Positions 31,600 through 51,090 of a stretch of 64,000 bases of DNA are shown here, piece after piece. Both the position numbers and the translations under genes were made by a program. Source of the stretch: the human T2T-CHM13v2.0 reference genome, Homo sapiens; the NCBI RefSeq assembly GCF_009914755.1, contig NC_060935.1; one strand, written 5' to 3'. Each line of letters opens with the position of its first letter. Position 1 is the first letter of the stretch. A model generated the notes under the pieces. That model ran no database searches. It was not told the DNA's origin and worked only from the letters and a program-made list of their open reading frames with translations.

Positions 31600-33858
31600 G
31601 TGATTTCTTCTGTTTTCTGTTTCCTTTTTTAAACATTAGTGTTCATAGCTTCCAAGAGACATGCTGACTTTCATTTCTTGAGGTACTCTGCACATACGCA
31701 CCACATCTCTATCTGGCCTTTGCATGGAGTGACCATAGCTCCTTCTCTCTTACATTGAATGTAGAGAATGTAGCCATTGTAGCAGCTTGTGTTGTCACGC
31801 TTCTTCTTTTGAGCAACTTTCTTACACTGAAGAAAGGCAGAATGAGTGCTTCAGAATGTGATTTCCTACTAACCTGTTCCTTGGATAGGCTTTTTAGTAT
31901 AGTATTTTTTTTTGTCATTTTCTCCATCAGCAACCAGGGAGACTGCACCTGATGGAAAAGATATATGACTGCTTCATGACATTCCTAAACTATCTTTTTT
32001 TTATTCCACATCTACGTTTTTGGTGGAGTCCCTTTTGCATCATTGTTTTAAGGATGATAAAAAAAAATAACAACTAGGGACAATACAGAACCCATTCCAT
32101 TTATCTTTCTACAGGGCTGACATTGTGGCACATTCTTAGAGTTACCACACCCCATGAGGGAAGCTCTAAATAGCCAACACCCATCTGTTTTTTGTAAAAA
32201 CAGCATAGCTTATACATGGACATGTCTCTGCCTTAACTTTTCCTAACTCCCACTCTAGGCTATTGTTTGCATGTCTACCTACTTTTAGCCATTATGCGAG
32301 AAAAGAAAAAAATGACCATAGAAAATGCCACCATGAGGTGCCCAAATTTCAAATAATAATTAACATTTAGTTATATTTATAATTTCCAGATGACAAAGTA
32401 TTTCATCAAATAACTTCATTTGATGTTCCATGATCAAGAAAGAATCCCTATCTCTATTTTACAAGTAATTCAAAGAGGCCAAATAACTTGTAAACAAGAA
32501 AAGGTAACTTGTCAACAGTCATAACTAGTAATTATGAGAGCCTTGTTTCATAACCAGGTCTTCTTACTCAAATCCTGTGATGTTTGAAATAACCAAATTG
32601 TCTCTCCAATGTCTGCATAAACTGTGAGAGCCAAGTCAACAGCTTTTATCAAGAATTTACTCTCTGACCAGCAATAAACAAGCACAGAGAGACACAGAGA
32701 GCCAGATTCAGATTTTACCCATGGGGATAAAAAGACTCAGACTTTCACCACATTTGGAAAACTACTTGCATCATAAATATATAATAACTGGTAGTTTATA
32801 TGAAGCAGACACTAAGTGCTATAGACACTCTCAGAATATCATACTTGGAAACAATGTAATTAAAATGCCGAATCTGAGTCAACAGCTGCCCTACTTTTCA
32901 ATTCAGATATACTAGTACCTTACCTAGAAATAATGTTAACCTAGGGTGAAGTCACTATAATCTGTAGTCTATTATTTGGGCATTTGCTACATGATGAGTG
33001 CTGCCAGATTGTGGCAGGTAAAGAGACAATGTAATTTGCACTCCCTATGATATTTCTACATTTTTAGCGACCACTAGTGGAAGACATTCCCCAAAATTAG
33101 AAAAAAAGGAGATAGAAGATTTCTGTCTATGTAAAGTTCTCAAAATTTGTTCTAAATTAATAAAACTATCTTTGTGTTCTTTTCTGCAACAGATGATTCC
33201 AACATGGGTGTTTGTCTATTCTTCTTTACTCTTGAAACATTAGACCATGGGAGGCTCTTACAGCCTTGAGTTGATATTTATACAACCCAAATCTAGGTTT
33301 GAACGGTGAGGTGTCAGGTCATCAAATATTCATGTCTATATAGTCTTACACAGGTTCTCAAAAAAAATGTTCATGGGATAGGTCATTGATAATGGATTCC
33401 TTATTCTGAGAACTCCAGACGACTGAAATATATGAGAGAAGGAAAAGGACATAGTAGGAGCAGGCCTGAGAAAAAAATGAAAGTCAGAAATCTTTAAAAA
33501 AATACAAGATCTTATTTCTATCTTATTTTTTCTCCTCTTCTGAAATATATATGAGGATTCCTCTCCAAACCCATGGTTTCTCTAAGAATTTTGAGTCATT
33601 TGTATGACCTCAAATAATTAGTTTTAGCTGACCTCACATAACTCCTTACAATAGGAGACATCTTTAATGTCTGCTATTAAAGAAGGATGAAAATTCCTAT
33701 GACCTTCTCCCTGATTATCCCTTTGGCAATATAGAGTCAAATAATAACATTGACCAATAGTAAACATGCTTTGCCAAGAAGTAGAAGATATATTCTCTAG
33801 CCTTAGTTTTTCCTCCCAATTTGCATTTTTGTAAAAATAATGTTGTATCCACAAAGGA

Positions 33859-33864
33859 AATAAA
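33859..33864 (+). terminator. MS4A1: MS4A1 distal poly(A) signal; proximal candidates at 32673-32678 and 33159-33164
   Basis: AATAAA followed by a T-rich downstream element; gives a ~2.3-kb 3' UTR. Confidence 0.7.
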
Positions 33865-33955
33865 CTTTAAAAACCCAAGTGCACTCATTGACTAGGAGGC
33901 TGACGTAACTTATTTTCATTTTCTTCTGGTTTTCTTATAATCTTTGTTTAAAATA

Positions 33956-34066
33956 AGGTGATAAACCATCCCAGTTTGTCTGAGTCTGAGGGATTTCCTG
34001 GGATACACGATTTTCAATGTTAAAACCAAGATAGTCCCAGGCAAACAGGATAGTTGATTATCCTAC
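33956..34066. mobile_element. Short palindromic DNA transposon (MER96-like MITE)
   Basis: Degenerate terminal inverted repeats ggtgataaaccatcccagtttg...caaacaggatagttgattatcct. Confidence 0.55.
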
Positions 34067-35480
34067 TTCATAGTAATAGATTACTCACTTACAATCACTG
34101 CATAATATTTACTTTTTACATGTAACAGTATATCATAGATTTTTCCTTATTGATACATAATTTCATAAGCATCACTTAATTTCAACTTAGGATTTTATGA
34201 ATCAATATAAATTTACCATTCCTCTATTATTGGATATGTAGGGTATTTCCTTTTCTTTCTTTATACAAATCACTTTTGGAGCACAGAAATCATGAGCAAG
34301 ATACATGTTTCCTCTTATTATTCAAAATGTAGCTTTACATTTAAAGTCTTGTCAACATTGACCAGTAGGAATTACTAGCACCTGTTAAAACCCAGAAAAT
34401 TTACCTTTAATTTCACATCAACAAGAGAATAGTCAAAGATCCAATACACAGAAATAGTTACTTCAGATTCATTTAGCTTGAGTTCATTTAAGAAATCTGA
34501 TTTGTTTTAAATTCTTGGTGTATAACATAAAACACTGATGGAGGGGTTCAAATCTGAAATTTTCCTAGGTTAAGTCTTCAATCCTTTAGTGAGCTTCCTT
34601 TTATGGAAAACTTGGTTGTGTGTTCTGAGCTAAAAAGTACCAAGTCATAAATGAATATGATAGAATCATGTGGTGGCAAAATCAAAGCAAAGTTACAATT
34701 ATCCTCTATTGACCCCAGCCTACTCAGCAGTGCAAAATGCTGAGAAAGAATAAATAAGTTGTCTACCCTTAGAACTTACTACCTGGCTGGAGAAAGAGAA
34801 ATTAGTTCATCAGGTACCTGTTATGGGTAAAGCATTTTGTTAAGTATGGTGGGGTACAGATAAAGATAGGAGAAGCTCCCTGATCTCAAAAATCTTACTG
34901 CCTAATTGAGAATGATATAAGCATATGTATTAAAAGATAACCAATAAAGGTCCAAGAAAACTCAATGTGAAAATAACAATCTTTTCAACAAACTGTGGTG
35001 GGACAACTGGATAGCCATATACAAAAGAATAAAATTGGATACCTACCTCACGCCATACACAAAAATAAAAATGGAGGCCTAAATGTAGGAGCTAAAATTA
35101 TAAAACCTCTTAGGAGAAAACATAGGTATACATTTTGTTACCTTGGAAAGGCAATGAGTTCTTCAATATGACACCAGAGGCACAAGCAACCAAAGAAAAA
35201 ATAGATAACTTTGTTCTTAAACAAACAAACAAAAGAAACAAAGAAGGAAAATAGGAAGGAAGAGAAAGAGAAAAAAAGAAAGGAAGTAAAGGAAATAAAG
35301 AAGGACACAACTTTACTCCATACTGTTTGGGTTTTGAGTTTTGGTATACTTTAGACTCCCAAGAAGGAATTTAGAATAGGAGTTACCAAATGGATGCACA
35401 TTAGCATGAAGTGAGAGTTTTCCAAAGCCCTACTGCCTAAGCTGAGCCCAGATATAATCATTAGAATCTCTGGGCTAGCA

Positions 35481-39094
<3,614 letters not shown>

Positions 39095-39151
39095 AGAATC
39101 TCTGGGCTAGCATTAGGCATTGGGATTTTTAAAAGGTCCCCAGATAATTCC

Positions 39152-39849
<698 letters not shown>

Positions 39850-42209
39850 GTACAGCTGCCGTGAAAACTAGTGATTTTAAAAATAGCATGCATCCTAGGT
39901 TAGAATGCTAAACGCCTGCGGAAAACTCAATTCTGCTGAACTCTACTCCATTTTGTCCTGTTCAATGAGAGCCTTTTTTTGAATTTGTCTTTCTCAGAGC
40001 TTTGCTAATTAAACATTTTCAAGAGAACTCAGGAAAGAAAAAGTCTTTAAGAGAATCTCTTGCAGTTCCACACTGGCAAACAAAAGGCCTGCAAAATAGT
40101 ATATCCTAGATGGATCTTAGCTTTTTTTTTTTTTTTTTGACAAGCACCTAATTCAAATTTAAAAGAAGAAAAATTGTGTGTTGCATTCAATGTCTTAATA
40201 AAGTTTTCTGTCATCTCGTGATGCATTGTTCCTGTCATCAATTCTGATTTACTGCAGCTGTTTCCTGCAAAACGCAAAAGCGTAACTTCAACAAGTTTCA
40301 TTTCCTATAAAGATAAAAGTACAGAAAGTTGTGGATACATCTCTGGGCAAATCTGTTACTGCAGAAGCTGATGAAAAATGGTGCCAGAGCTATTTACGCA
40401 ATGAGAGCTTTCTGATGCTTTAGGGCTGGGGACTTCTCGTTTCCTTGATCTCACCTGGTTCATGGAGCAGTATCGTTCTTGTCATTGATGCTGCACCTCA
40501 GAGATTTGTTGCTACTGTATTGGCTGTTGTGGTTGTTTCCATCAAAGATGAGCAAGAATTGCTTTGAAGAAAATTTTACAACACCCAATTGTCAATGAGT
40601 TATTATAAGTGATATGACTGAACTTTAGCTCTAAGTGAATAGAAGTGTCTAAATTACACCTGCACCATCCTCTTGACTACTCACTAGTGAGATGGAGACT
40701 AATTCATCTAAATTCTCTACACTTCACAAAGGCAGGAATTCTTGTCTATGTTGTTTACTCCTATATACACAGCACTTAGTACCAAGCACATGGAAAGCTG
40801 AATTTGTTGAATTTGCTGACTGAATGTAGCCCTTTTATCTAGCTGTGTCTGTAGGCTCTAGACCTTCCACCATTCTGAGGTAATTGCTTGCCTAGATGCT
40901 CGTGCAAACCATTGAATTCTCTCTCTCCTGTCCTTCACAACCAAACAACTCAAAAGCAGAGTCTGCTTTCAGGTTTGAATGTTTTCATATCGCGTTCATT
41001 TTTCAGTGAATTACAGTCTGTCTATTCTCTCTAATACTTTTCTAGAATTGTTTCCCCAAATGCTGCCAATGACTTCTTAATTGTTGAATCCAGTGGATTC
41101 TACTCAATTCTCATTCTGTGAGATTTAACAACACTGCCCTTTTGCTTCCTTGCCTTTTGAGACACATGCCCTTCCTTAGCTTCCAAGATGGGACACTCTT
41201 AACTCTCTCTCCTACTTTCTTAGACATACACAATTTCATCTTCACTAGTTGCATTTTTTCTGACAACCAAATGTGCACATTCCTTACAAAGTGTTACCTT
41301 CCCCCAAAAACTCTCATCCATTCCCATAACTCAGTCTATCAATTTTAGGTAACTAATTCATGTAATTGCATTTTCAATCCTGTTTACTCATCTGATTTCC
41401 AAGCCTGCATGTCCGGGTATTTGCAAATTATTTCATAATGATCTCCTATCTGCAATGTAAAACTATAGAGCTGGTCCAGTCTGAGCCCGCGGTCTAATTC
41501 CCATGCACCTCCTTTTTAGCTTCCTGTCTCTCTCCCTTCACATCCTCCCCCATCATCCACACTCACAGCTGAGAGATGTATTTGATTTATTCCTTTTTCA
41601 CTCTTTTTATCTAATGAAGTTCCTCATGTACTTTAAGTTTTGTCTACTCTAAAATGTCTCTAAAATCCAACTCTCCTCTTCTTTCTAGTCTTCACTTTAG
41701 GCCTAGTTTCTCATTTGCTCCTGCTGTTTCACTTATTTTATAAACGATTAATTGGAATTGTTACATCCCTACTTAGACATCTTGAATGATTCTCCAGTGC
41801 TTACCAATTAAAGTCCAGATGCCATGGACATATAAGATCCTGCATAGTATTGTTTTAACTTTTCTCTACTGCCTTCTCATTACACCCTAATTTAGCCACA
41901 GTCCAGCCTGGTTATTCAATTATTGCTCCTGAACACAAATAGAATGTTTCTGTTTTCCTCCTGTTTAGATATTGTTCCCCTACGTGGAATAGTCTTCTCT
42001 TTTTTCTCTCTTACTAAGTTCTACCTATTCTCTAAGATTCATCTCAAATCCTTCCTATTCCATGAGGTTTTCTTCTAATACTCCAATTTTATTGAGCTCC
42101 CACCTGTGCTATATTATTGAGCAATTATTTTCTCCTATGCACCAGGACATTATACCATTATTTAGCTCTTCTGGGCTGACTTATATCACTGGTTATCTTG
42201 TAAAATTAT

Positions 42210-44320
42210 TTGTATTGAGATTTGTTTCACACACCATAAAATTTACTCTTTTAATTTTTTAAGGAGGTTTTTGAAGAAGCTCCCATACTGTTTTCCATGG
42301 TGGCTGTACCCATTTACATTCCCACCAACAGTGAGCAAGTGTTTCCTGCTCTCCACATCCCCTCCAGCATTTAGTTTCTTTCTTTGATAACAGCTATTTT
42401 AACTGGGGTGAGATGATATCTCATTGCAGTTTTGATTTGCATTTCTCTCATGACTAGTGATGTTGAACATTTTTTCATATACCTGTTGCCATTTGTATGC
42501 CTTCTTTTGAGAAATGTCTATTTTGCCCATTTTAAATCAGATTTTTTTTGTATTGAGTTGTTTGAGTTCCGTATACATTTCTGTTAATTAATCCTCTGTC
42601 AGTTGAATGGTTTGCAAATACTTTCTCCCATGCTGTAGGTCTCTTTATTTTATTTTATTTTATTTTATTGATTATTTTCTTTGTTGTCAAAAGCTTTAAT
42701 CCAGCAATCTGACTGCTAGGTATATATCCAAAAGAAAGGAAATCAGAGTATTGAAAAGAGACCTGCACTGTCATGTTTATTGCAGCACTATTCACAGTAA
42801 CCAAGATATAGTATCAACTCAAGTGTCCATGAACAGATGGATGGATAAAGAAAATGGGATATATATAATATATATAGGAATATTATTCCACCATAAAAAT
42901 TAATGAAATCATGCCATTTGCTACAATATGGATGGAACTGGAGGACATTATGGTAAACGGAATAAGCCATACATAGAAAGACAAATGTCACATGTTCTCA
43001 CCAATATGAGGGTGCTAAAAAAATGATCTCATGGAGATAGTGAATAGAATGGTGGTTAACAGAGCCTGGGAAGGGTAGTGAGGAGGGAGGGATAAAGAGG
43101 AGCTGGTCAGTGGGTACAAAAATATAGTTATATAGAAGAAATAAGTGCTAGTGTTCAATAGGGTGACTAGAGCTAATAATTTACTGTATATTACAAAATA
43201 GCTGGAAGAGTAGATTTGGAACATTCCCAAAATAAAGAAATTATAAATATTTAAGATGATGGATATCCTAATTACCCAGATTTAATCATTACACATTGTA
43301 TGCTTGTACTAAAATATCACATATATGCCATAAACATGTACAACTATTAGGTATTCATAAAATTTGAAAAATTACCCCTTTGTTTTTAAATATATTAGGA
43401 AGTTGTACAACCATCACCACTATATAATTCTAGAATATTTTCACCACCCCTAAATGAAACCTAGACTCATTAGCAGTCACTCCCCGTTTTCTCCTTCCCC
43501 CAGTCTCTGGCAACCACTAATCTACTTTCCATTTCTATGAATTTGTCTATTCTGGACATTTCATATGAATGGAGTAACACACATATATGGCCTTTTCTAT
43601 CTGGATTTTTGCACTTAACATGATGTTTTCAAGGTTCATCCATTTCGTGGCATGTACTTCATTCTTTCTGATGAATGAATAATGTTTCAGTGTATGCATA
43701 TACCACATTTTCTGTATCCATTCATCAGTTAATAGACATTTGAGTTGTTCCCACTGTTTGGTTATTATGGCTATGAACATTTGTATATAAGTTTCTGTGC
43801 GAGCATATATTTTCAGTTCTCTTGGGTATATACCTAGTAGTCGACTTGCTAGGTCATATGGTAACTTTATATTTAGCTTTTTGAGGAATTGCAAAACAAC
43901 TTTTCAAAGCAACCACACCATTTTACGTCCCCACCAGCAAATTATGAGGGCTGTAATTCTCTAAATCCTCACCAACACTTGTTACTTTCTTTTTGATGAT
44001 AGCCGTCTTTGTGAATGTGAAGCAGTATCTCATTGTGGTGATCTGCATTTCGCTAGAGTCTAATGATATTGAATATCTTTTCAGATGCCTGTCATGCACA
44101 TACTGATTGGCCATATGTGTATTTTCTTTGGAGAAATATATATGCAAATCCTTTGCCAAATTTTAATTGGATTATCTTCTGATTGTTGAGGTGTAAGCTT
44201 TCTTTCTGTATTCTAAATACTAAACCCTTATCAGATATATGATTTGCAAATATTTCTCCCCTTCTGTGGATTGTATTTGCATTTTATTTATAGTATCCTT
44301 TGATGCACAAAAGTTTCAAA
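42210..44320. mobile_element. Nested old L1s: inverted L1MA (~42262-43365) inside an antisense L1MB
   Basis: Antisense ORF2 C-terminus, then sense 3' end; flanked by a split antisense L1MB 3' UTR. Confidence 0.7.
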
Positions 44321-47159
44321 CTGAAGAAATGAATTAAAAGAATCCTTTTGAGGAGATAATTTAATAAACAAGGCAGTTGGTGACAGAAGAGATCCAATGA
44401 ATTAAAGAGGGTATGACTAAAATCTTAGAGAAATTGGAGAGGCAATATTTAACAACATTCTATAGCATTATCTAGGAAGAAGGCACTTTGCATAATAGGC
44501 GAAAATGAGAGTTGCTCCTTTTGTTGTTCATGTATGACTATTCGATAAGCAAGGAATGTGTGTGTCTATGTGCAAAGCAATACAGGGAATTAATCATTGA
44601 AGTCTACATTTTAACCAGCAAGAAATAAAGGAGGACAAAGTAAGGAGACAGAGATGGTGAGAAAGAGCAATGCTCTACTATAACTAAGACTCCTCCTTAT
44701 GAGGCATCTTAATTTAGAACTATGCCTATGCTTTAGAGGACTGAAACAGGAGGAACTTGACTTAAATTATTAAGAGAATTACATTGGTTTAAAATAAGGA
44801 GAAGGAAAACTAATTTTCTTTTAAATGTACACCATGGGACAGGGATTAGGGTAGAAGCATTACATCCAGTAAATCATTTATTCCTCACCTCAACCCAACG
44901 AAGGTGGGTATAATCCTATTTTACAGAGGAAGAAATAGAGTTTAAAGAAACATCACTTCCCAAGGTCACACAATAGAGGAACTGGAATTCAAACTTCAGC
45001 CTAATTATAAAATATTCATTATTTCTCCTACTGTCTTAGGACTAAAAAGGAAAATCTCTCTATCTTCCATCTAAAGACATAACATATTACATTAACTCTT
45101 TACTTTTTTCCACTGTTTAACATCTTTGAGATCTTACAGTATCATAGGTTAAGTGGCTGAATTTTCTTTCTTGGTGTTGCATAAAATAATGGCACATCTT
45201 AACAACAATTATGTGATAGATTCAATGAACTACTCAGATATATGACTGACTTTTGATGGAAATTCTGGCAGAGATATTTAAAGAATAATATTAATAAAAT
45301 AGTTTAGATTTGAATATTCACTCTCAGATGGAAAGCAGAGGCCTGGAATAGAACATCTCTAAGAGGCAGCATCTTTGTTTAGCTCTACGTTCTTCACACT
45401 TAGATGATGGTGCTTCATTCTGAAATATTCTACCTTCCAACACTTGGCAAACATCGTTTTTTACAGATCTTTCACTTTGCTTTTCTGAAAAACAAAAACA
45501 TTTTATGACAGTACCCACCAACAGGACCTTTCATTAATAATGCAAAAGCTAAGGTGTGTTTGGAGGTATCCAGTAAAATCATAGAAGGATCAGGGAGGAG
45601 CAAACTTGGCCCCCAAGAGGCTAGGCCCAGACTGTACCTCCTTCACGTTTTACTCCAGAAAGCAGAAACTCATGACAGGAAGAGGAAGTGAACAGGGTGT
45701 GCATCTGATGATAGAGATCAGGGCTGGCCAGTCCTGCGTTCCCCAAACACCCTCCCCTCTGTTCCCTAATATGAGGATGGAGGAACTCCATTTCTTCACC
45801 CTATCCTCTCAACTCCAGGGGATACTATAAAAGGTGACCATTAAATAAGGGACCAGGACTCTCACCCTTTCCAATGCATGGGAATTTCCAGATCTGAGGA
45901 AGAGTCTATGAGTGAGTATGACAAGAACACAATTAGCCCCCGTATTGGACAAAATTAAATTATCATGCTGCTACTTTTAAACCAAAGATTGCTTCTTAGC
46001 CCCAGAGACCCCACAGACCCTCCCAACTCAGAGAAAGACTTGCTCAAAGGCAGGTTCAAGGATGACCTCTTCTGCAAAGCCTTTCCTCACCAACCACTGT
46101 AAATTCTTCTCTCATGGCCTCAGTGGATTTCATAATAACTGTGTATTTCACTGGGTCTGACTCTTGTCATTAGGATATAAGCTTCTTGAAGGTAATAACC
46201 ATTTTTTACTCACCTCAGCATCCCCAGTCCCTGCTCATTCAATTTTCTTTGAATAACTATGTTAGACTTTGTTCTTTAAGAACTTAGTGAAATCATCAAC
46301 ACAATTTCCATTAGCAGCACTACCTCTGTAAAGCACTCAAGTTAGAACAAAAGTAAATATGTGCCTTATCTTCTACACAACTTTACTTTCCTTCAGATGA
46401 TAAGTATGTGTGGTGATGGATGTGTTAATTAGCTGGATTTAATCATTCCACAAGGTGTACATATATCAAAACAGCATGTTGTACACCATAAATATATACA
46501 ATTTTTCATTTGGCAGTATTCCAGAAATCAGCTCTAAGCACTTCAGCTTTTATCCTGTTGGCTCGGATGTTTTGAGAAGGAGGAGGTAGTGCAATTCACT
46601 ATTTTTAGTTAATTCTCTTTTCTATATTTTGCTAATACCTTGTCCCCAAAAGCCAACAGGTGAGCCCCATTTCTGTATTCCACACAAAAGGCAACTCTCC
46701 TTCTCCAAACAGCTACCTGCACCAAGTGTACCTGTGACGATTCTGTCCTCTCCTCCAGGATCCTTCACTTGCCTCTGGTCCCCACATTTACTTTAACCTA
46801 AGTCTTGATGATTCTTTCTCCATATTGCAACAAAACAATGACATGTTTTGGAGTCCTCCCTACGTATCAAACATTAATAAAAGTATTCCGTACACATATC
46901 TCACTTCAGCTTCATAATAACCCTTTGGCATAGATACTGTTATTTCTCAAATTCAAAGACAAGTTGACTAAAGCACAGAGAGGTTAACTAATTTGCCCGA
47001 GATCACAAACAGGAAGAGAGAGAACAGGCATCTGTTCTGTATTAGATCCTATCATATTCTTAACCTCCATGGGTTTTACCTTCCCCGTTTGTCTTTTTAG
47101 ACCTATCTTTAATCCTTACTACCTTGGCAACTTCAACATAGGCTTGTTATTGTTGATTT

Positions 47160-47750
47160 TTTTTTACTTTTGATTTTGAAATAATGTTACATTTACATGC
47201 AAGTTGCTGAAATACTACAAGGAGCTCCTAGGTACACTTCTGCCAGCTTCCCTCGTGTGCACATTGTATATAATCATAGTATAACTGCCTAAACCAGGAA
47301 ACTGACATTTGTATAACACCACTAACTGAACCTCAGAGCTTATTTGAATGTCACTAGTTTTTAAATGCACTCACTATGCTTTGTGTGTGTATATACAGTT
47401 TATTCATCAAATGTAGAGATTTTTGTAACCACTACCATAATTGGATTTTAGAACAGTTCCACCATCCGCCAAACACTTGAGAGTATAGATCATTTCCATC
47501 ACCAAAAAGAAACTCCCTTGTGTCACCCCTTTACAGTCCTACCCCATCCCTAGTCCCTGGCAACCACTGGTCTGTTCATCATCATATACTCTGTCATCTT
47601 AAGAATATTCTATAGATGGAATCATAGAGAATGTAATCTTTTCAGGTCGGCTTTTTTTCACTTAACACAACGCCCTTGAGATCCTTCAGTTCCTGTATCA
47701 ATAGTTTATTACTTTTTGTTTTTGAGTAGTCCGTTGAATGGGTATATAGT
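47160..47750 (-). mobile_element. Old L1M 3' UTR fragment
   Basis: tccctggcaaccactggtctgttc...tatagatggaatcatagagaatgt. Confidence 0.65.
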
Positions 47751-48021
47751 TGGCTTAGCTACAACCTTTCATTTTCTTCTAGCCTCCTATAGTTCTTCTA
47801 CCAGAATAATCCAGTGATTCTCAAAACACAGAGGGAGGCCTTCCTTCAATTGGTCATGAATATTAAAAAGCAGAATTCTGGATCCTGTTTGAGGTCCATT
47901 GAATCTGAACATCTGAGGGTAAGGACTAGTGTTACAATATCTGTAGTTCACATACTTCAGTGTAGATGGTGTAGTATTGATTGCTTTTTAGTTGCATTAA
48001 GCTATAATAGAAACCTATGTT

Positions 48022-48335
<314 letters not shown>

Positions 48336-50078
48336 TAGAAACCTATGTTGCTTCCACTTTAATTAGGAATGGTGATGATTAACTGGCACTCTAATCACAA
48401 ATTCCATTCTTCAGAGGCAATCAGTGGTATTGATATCAGACCCTTTTCTAATTAGAATAACACATGTCCAATTTTTAAAAATATGAGTGGCTTATGACAT
48501 AGCATTACTAGAAATGGATTCTTATCTGTGAAATTAAAGACATCAATATTTTAGAGACATCCTAAACCCTAGCATGAACAAGATATAAGAATCTACCAAT
48601 GTCTGTAGGCTTTACCCTTCCACCCTAAATTTATGCCAGATCTTTGGACCATCCATGAACTTGGAAGGCTCTGATGATAGGAGTCTATTTCTAGGAAACC
48701 TGGCTTGTACACCCAATTGAAACTTGCAGATAGAATAGTACTAAGCAGAGTACCTAAAGGATACAGAAGCTAGGAATGTGATAAGCATTTTCTACCATAT
48801 TCACTTATTAGAGCCTAGAATAGTGCCTACAGTAAGTATTTGGTGAATTTCAAAATGTGCTCTATTCTTTTATCGCTTTCTAATTTAAACCAGTCACAGA
48901 ACCAATTAATCCCTAACTAGTGAAATTCAAGGTCTTTAGTAGATAAATACTTTCTCTAGATTCAAAATACTTGACCCAAATGGGCATACTGTATAAGTAT
49001 TGTTGTAAGATTTCCAACCACTTGTCATTTTCTGAGGTTGCACAGTGTTAGGAGAGAAGCAGAGAGATATGTCTCCTTGCCTTTCCAAGGTTCTGAGTCA
49101 ACGTCTAGTTATATCAGAAAAAGGAGAATAAAAGAATAACTGTTCAAAACAAGAATTTTTTTTTAAGCAAAGATTAACCATGAAGGACACCTGGTGGTGA
49201 AATCTGTCACCATCATGTCACCATCGCTCCTCTGTACCGTACCACACTTGCCGCTTGAGGCCACTACTGAGGCTCAGATACTGCACACATGTGAGTTTCA
49301 AGCCTTTTGAAAAGCCATGCTGTGGAAGCCCCAGCCAGTCATTAATTCATGAGTGCACTCTGCCTCTGTCTCACTTCACTCTCCCTGATTGGCTCAAGTT
49401 TACCTAGCGACTCAGTCAGGCTCCCAGTCGCTGAAGGTGCCCTGCTTTAGTAGAAAAAGTAAAGAGTTTGGACTCAGACACACCTGGACAGACTCTCTAC
49501 CACTTTCTAACTACATGACCTTAATCATATTGCTCACCATGCTACGACTTAGTTTCCTGTGTGTAAAATGGCAGTTAAATCTATTATGGCATTGTTGGAA
49601 GAATTAAATAAAGGTTTATGCAAAGCCAAACAGTACCCATTAAATGGCACATGATATTATGTCTAAATCAATCCTAACCTGATATTGAATGTACTACCAT
49701 TCTCTACCCACCAGTGACTGAGGTTTAGAATTTATTTCTATACATTTTCCAGGAGCCCTAAGCATGCTAACTCTCCTCTTCTTATCTTTATTCTGACCCT
49801 GTTTATACCACTGGGCCTCGGTTCTTTCACTGACCCTTTCAGCCTGAGTGACCTAGCTCTCACCATTCCCCTTCCCAGAAGACTAGACCTGACTCCCTGT
49901 ACCTCTAGCTGCCAGATAGAGCCTGTCTGGCAAACATGGAGTCATAATGGTTGACAGGTTGGTGTTACCCAAACCGTTGACCACAGACCAATGCTAGACT
50001 ACTTTCTTTCTTTCTTCCTTCCTTCCTTCCTTGCCATTTCATGAAAATATAAATACAGAAAATGAGAATAAAGCTTGC

Positions 50079-50110
50079 ATCGCTTCTCGGCCTTTTGGCT
50101 GAGACCAAGT
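50079..50110 (+). pseudogene. 3'-truncated U2 snRNA pseudogene fragment
   Basis: atcgcttctcggccttttggctgagaccaagt matches recalled U2 nt 1-32 at 30/32, starting exactly at +1. Confidence 0.88.
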
Positions 50111-50734
50111 ATGGAGAGGAGTATGTAGTAGCAAGTAGTGACTTCCGTCTCATTGAACAGGGTATAGACCATCATGCATGCAGCTTATACAACAAGTTGT
50201 ATGTGGTATGAGCTTCATATTGGTCATGCTCTATAGGACCACATTACAACACGTAATGTGCTAAGGTTGGTTTGTCAACTCTAACTCAATAAAATATATT
50301 GAAAAATTGAGAAAATTTAAACATTCTTTATAACCGATTATTCCATTGGAAAAGCTCTGCTGAAAACATTTGAAATAGGTAGTGAACTGTTTGCGTTTCA
50401 TCAAGACAAGAAGCCTGTTTGATCTCAACTTGTCAAAGATGTGCCTATGACCAGAACCACTTATTTGTGTGATATCTTTCATAATTTAATGATTATAATA
50501 ACTCTATGCAAAGAAAAACTGCAGGTAAGATTAAAGGGCAAAAACAAACATTAGAAGCTTAGAAAAAGAGCATTTAACAACTAGCAAGAAAGTGGTTGAT
50601 GATTTTGATATTCCACATCTGCAATAAGTTATTACCAATCACCGTATGAATTTTATATTTTTTTGATGGAATATAAAATTCAGAAGAGGTCCAAAAATGG
50701 AAAATTAATCTTTCTAGAATGCATTTTTCTTTTT

Positions 50735-51090
50735 CATAAATAAATTTTATTGTATATATTTAAATATACAATTTGATGTTATGAGATACATATAGACAGC
50801 AAAAAGCCTCTGTAGTGAAGCAAATTAACAAATCCATCATCTCAGTTACCTGTTTTTTCGTTTTTGTTTTTGTGGCAAGAGAAGCAAAATCTATTCATTT
50901 TGCACGAATTCCATATACATTACAATTTTATTACTTACCATCCTCATAGTGTACCTTAGATCTCTAGACTTGTTCATCCTACATATCTGCTACTTTGTAT
51001 CCTCTCATCTACATCTCCCATTTCCTCCCCCAGCCACTCCTGCTAACCAACATTTTGTTCTCTATATCTGTATATTTGAAATTTTTTAGC
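50735..51090 (-). mobile_element. L1MA 3' end
   Basis: ttttattgtatatatttaa...cattacaattttattac...agatctctagacttgttcatcctac. Confidence 0.7.

Noticed and set aside
31709-32915. Short ORFs in the CD20 3' UTR
   Set aside because: Length expected by chance, mostly non-ATG starts, no recognisable homology
50647-50682. 13-bp AT-rich inverted repeat
   Set aside because: Low complexity, intergenic, no supporting context
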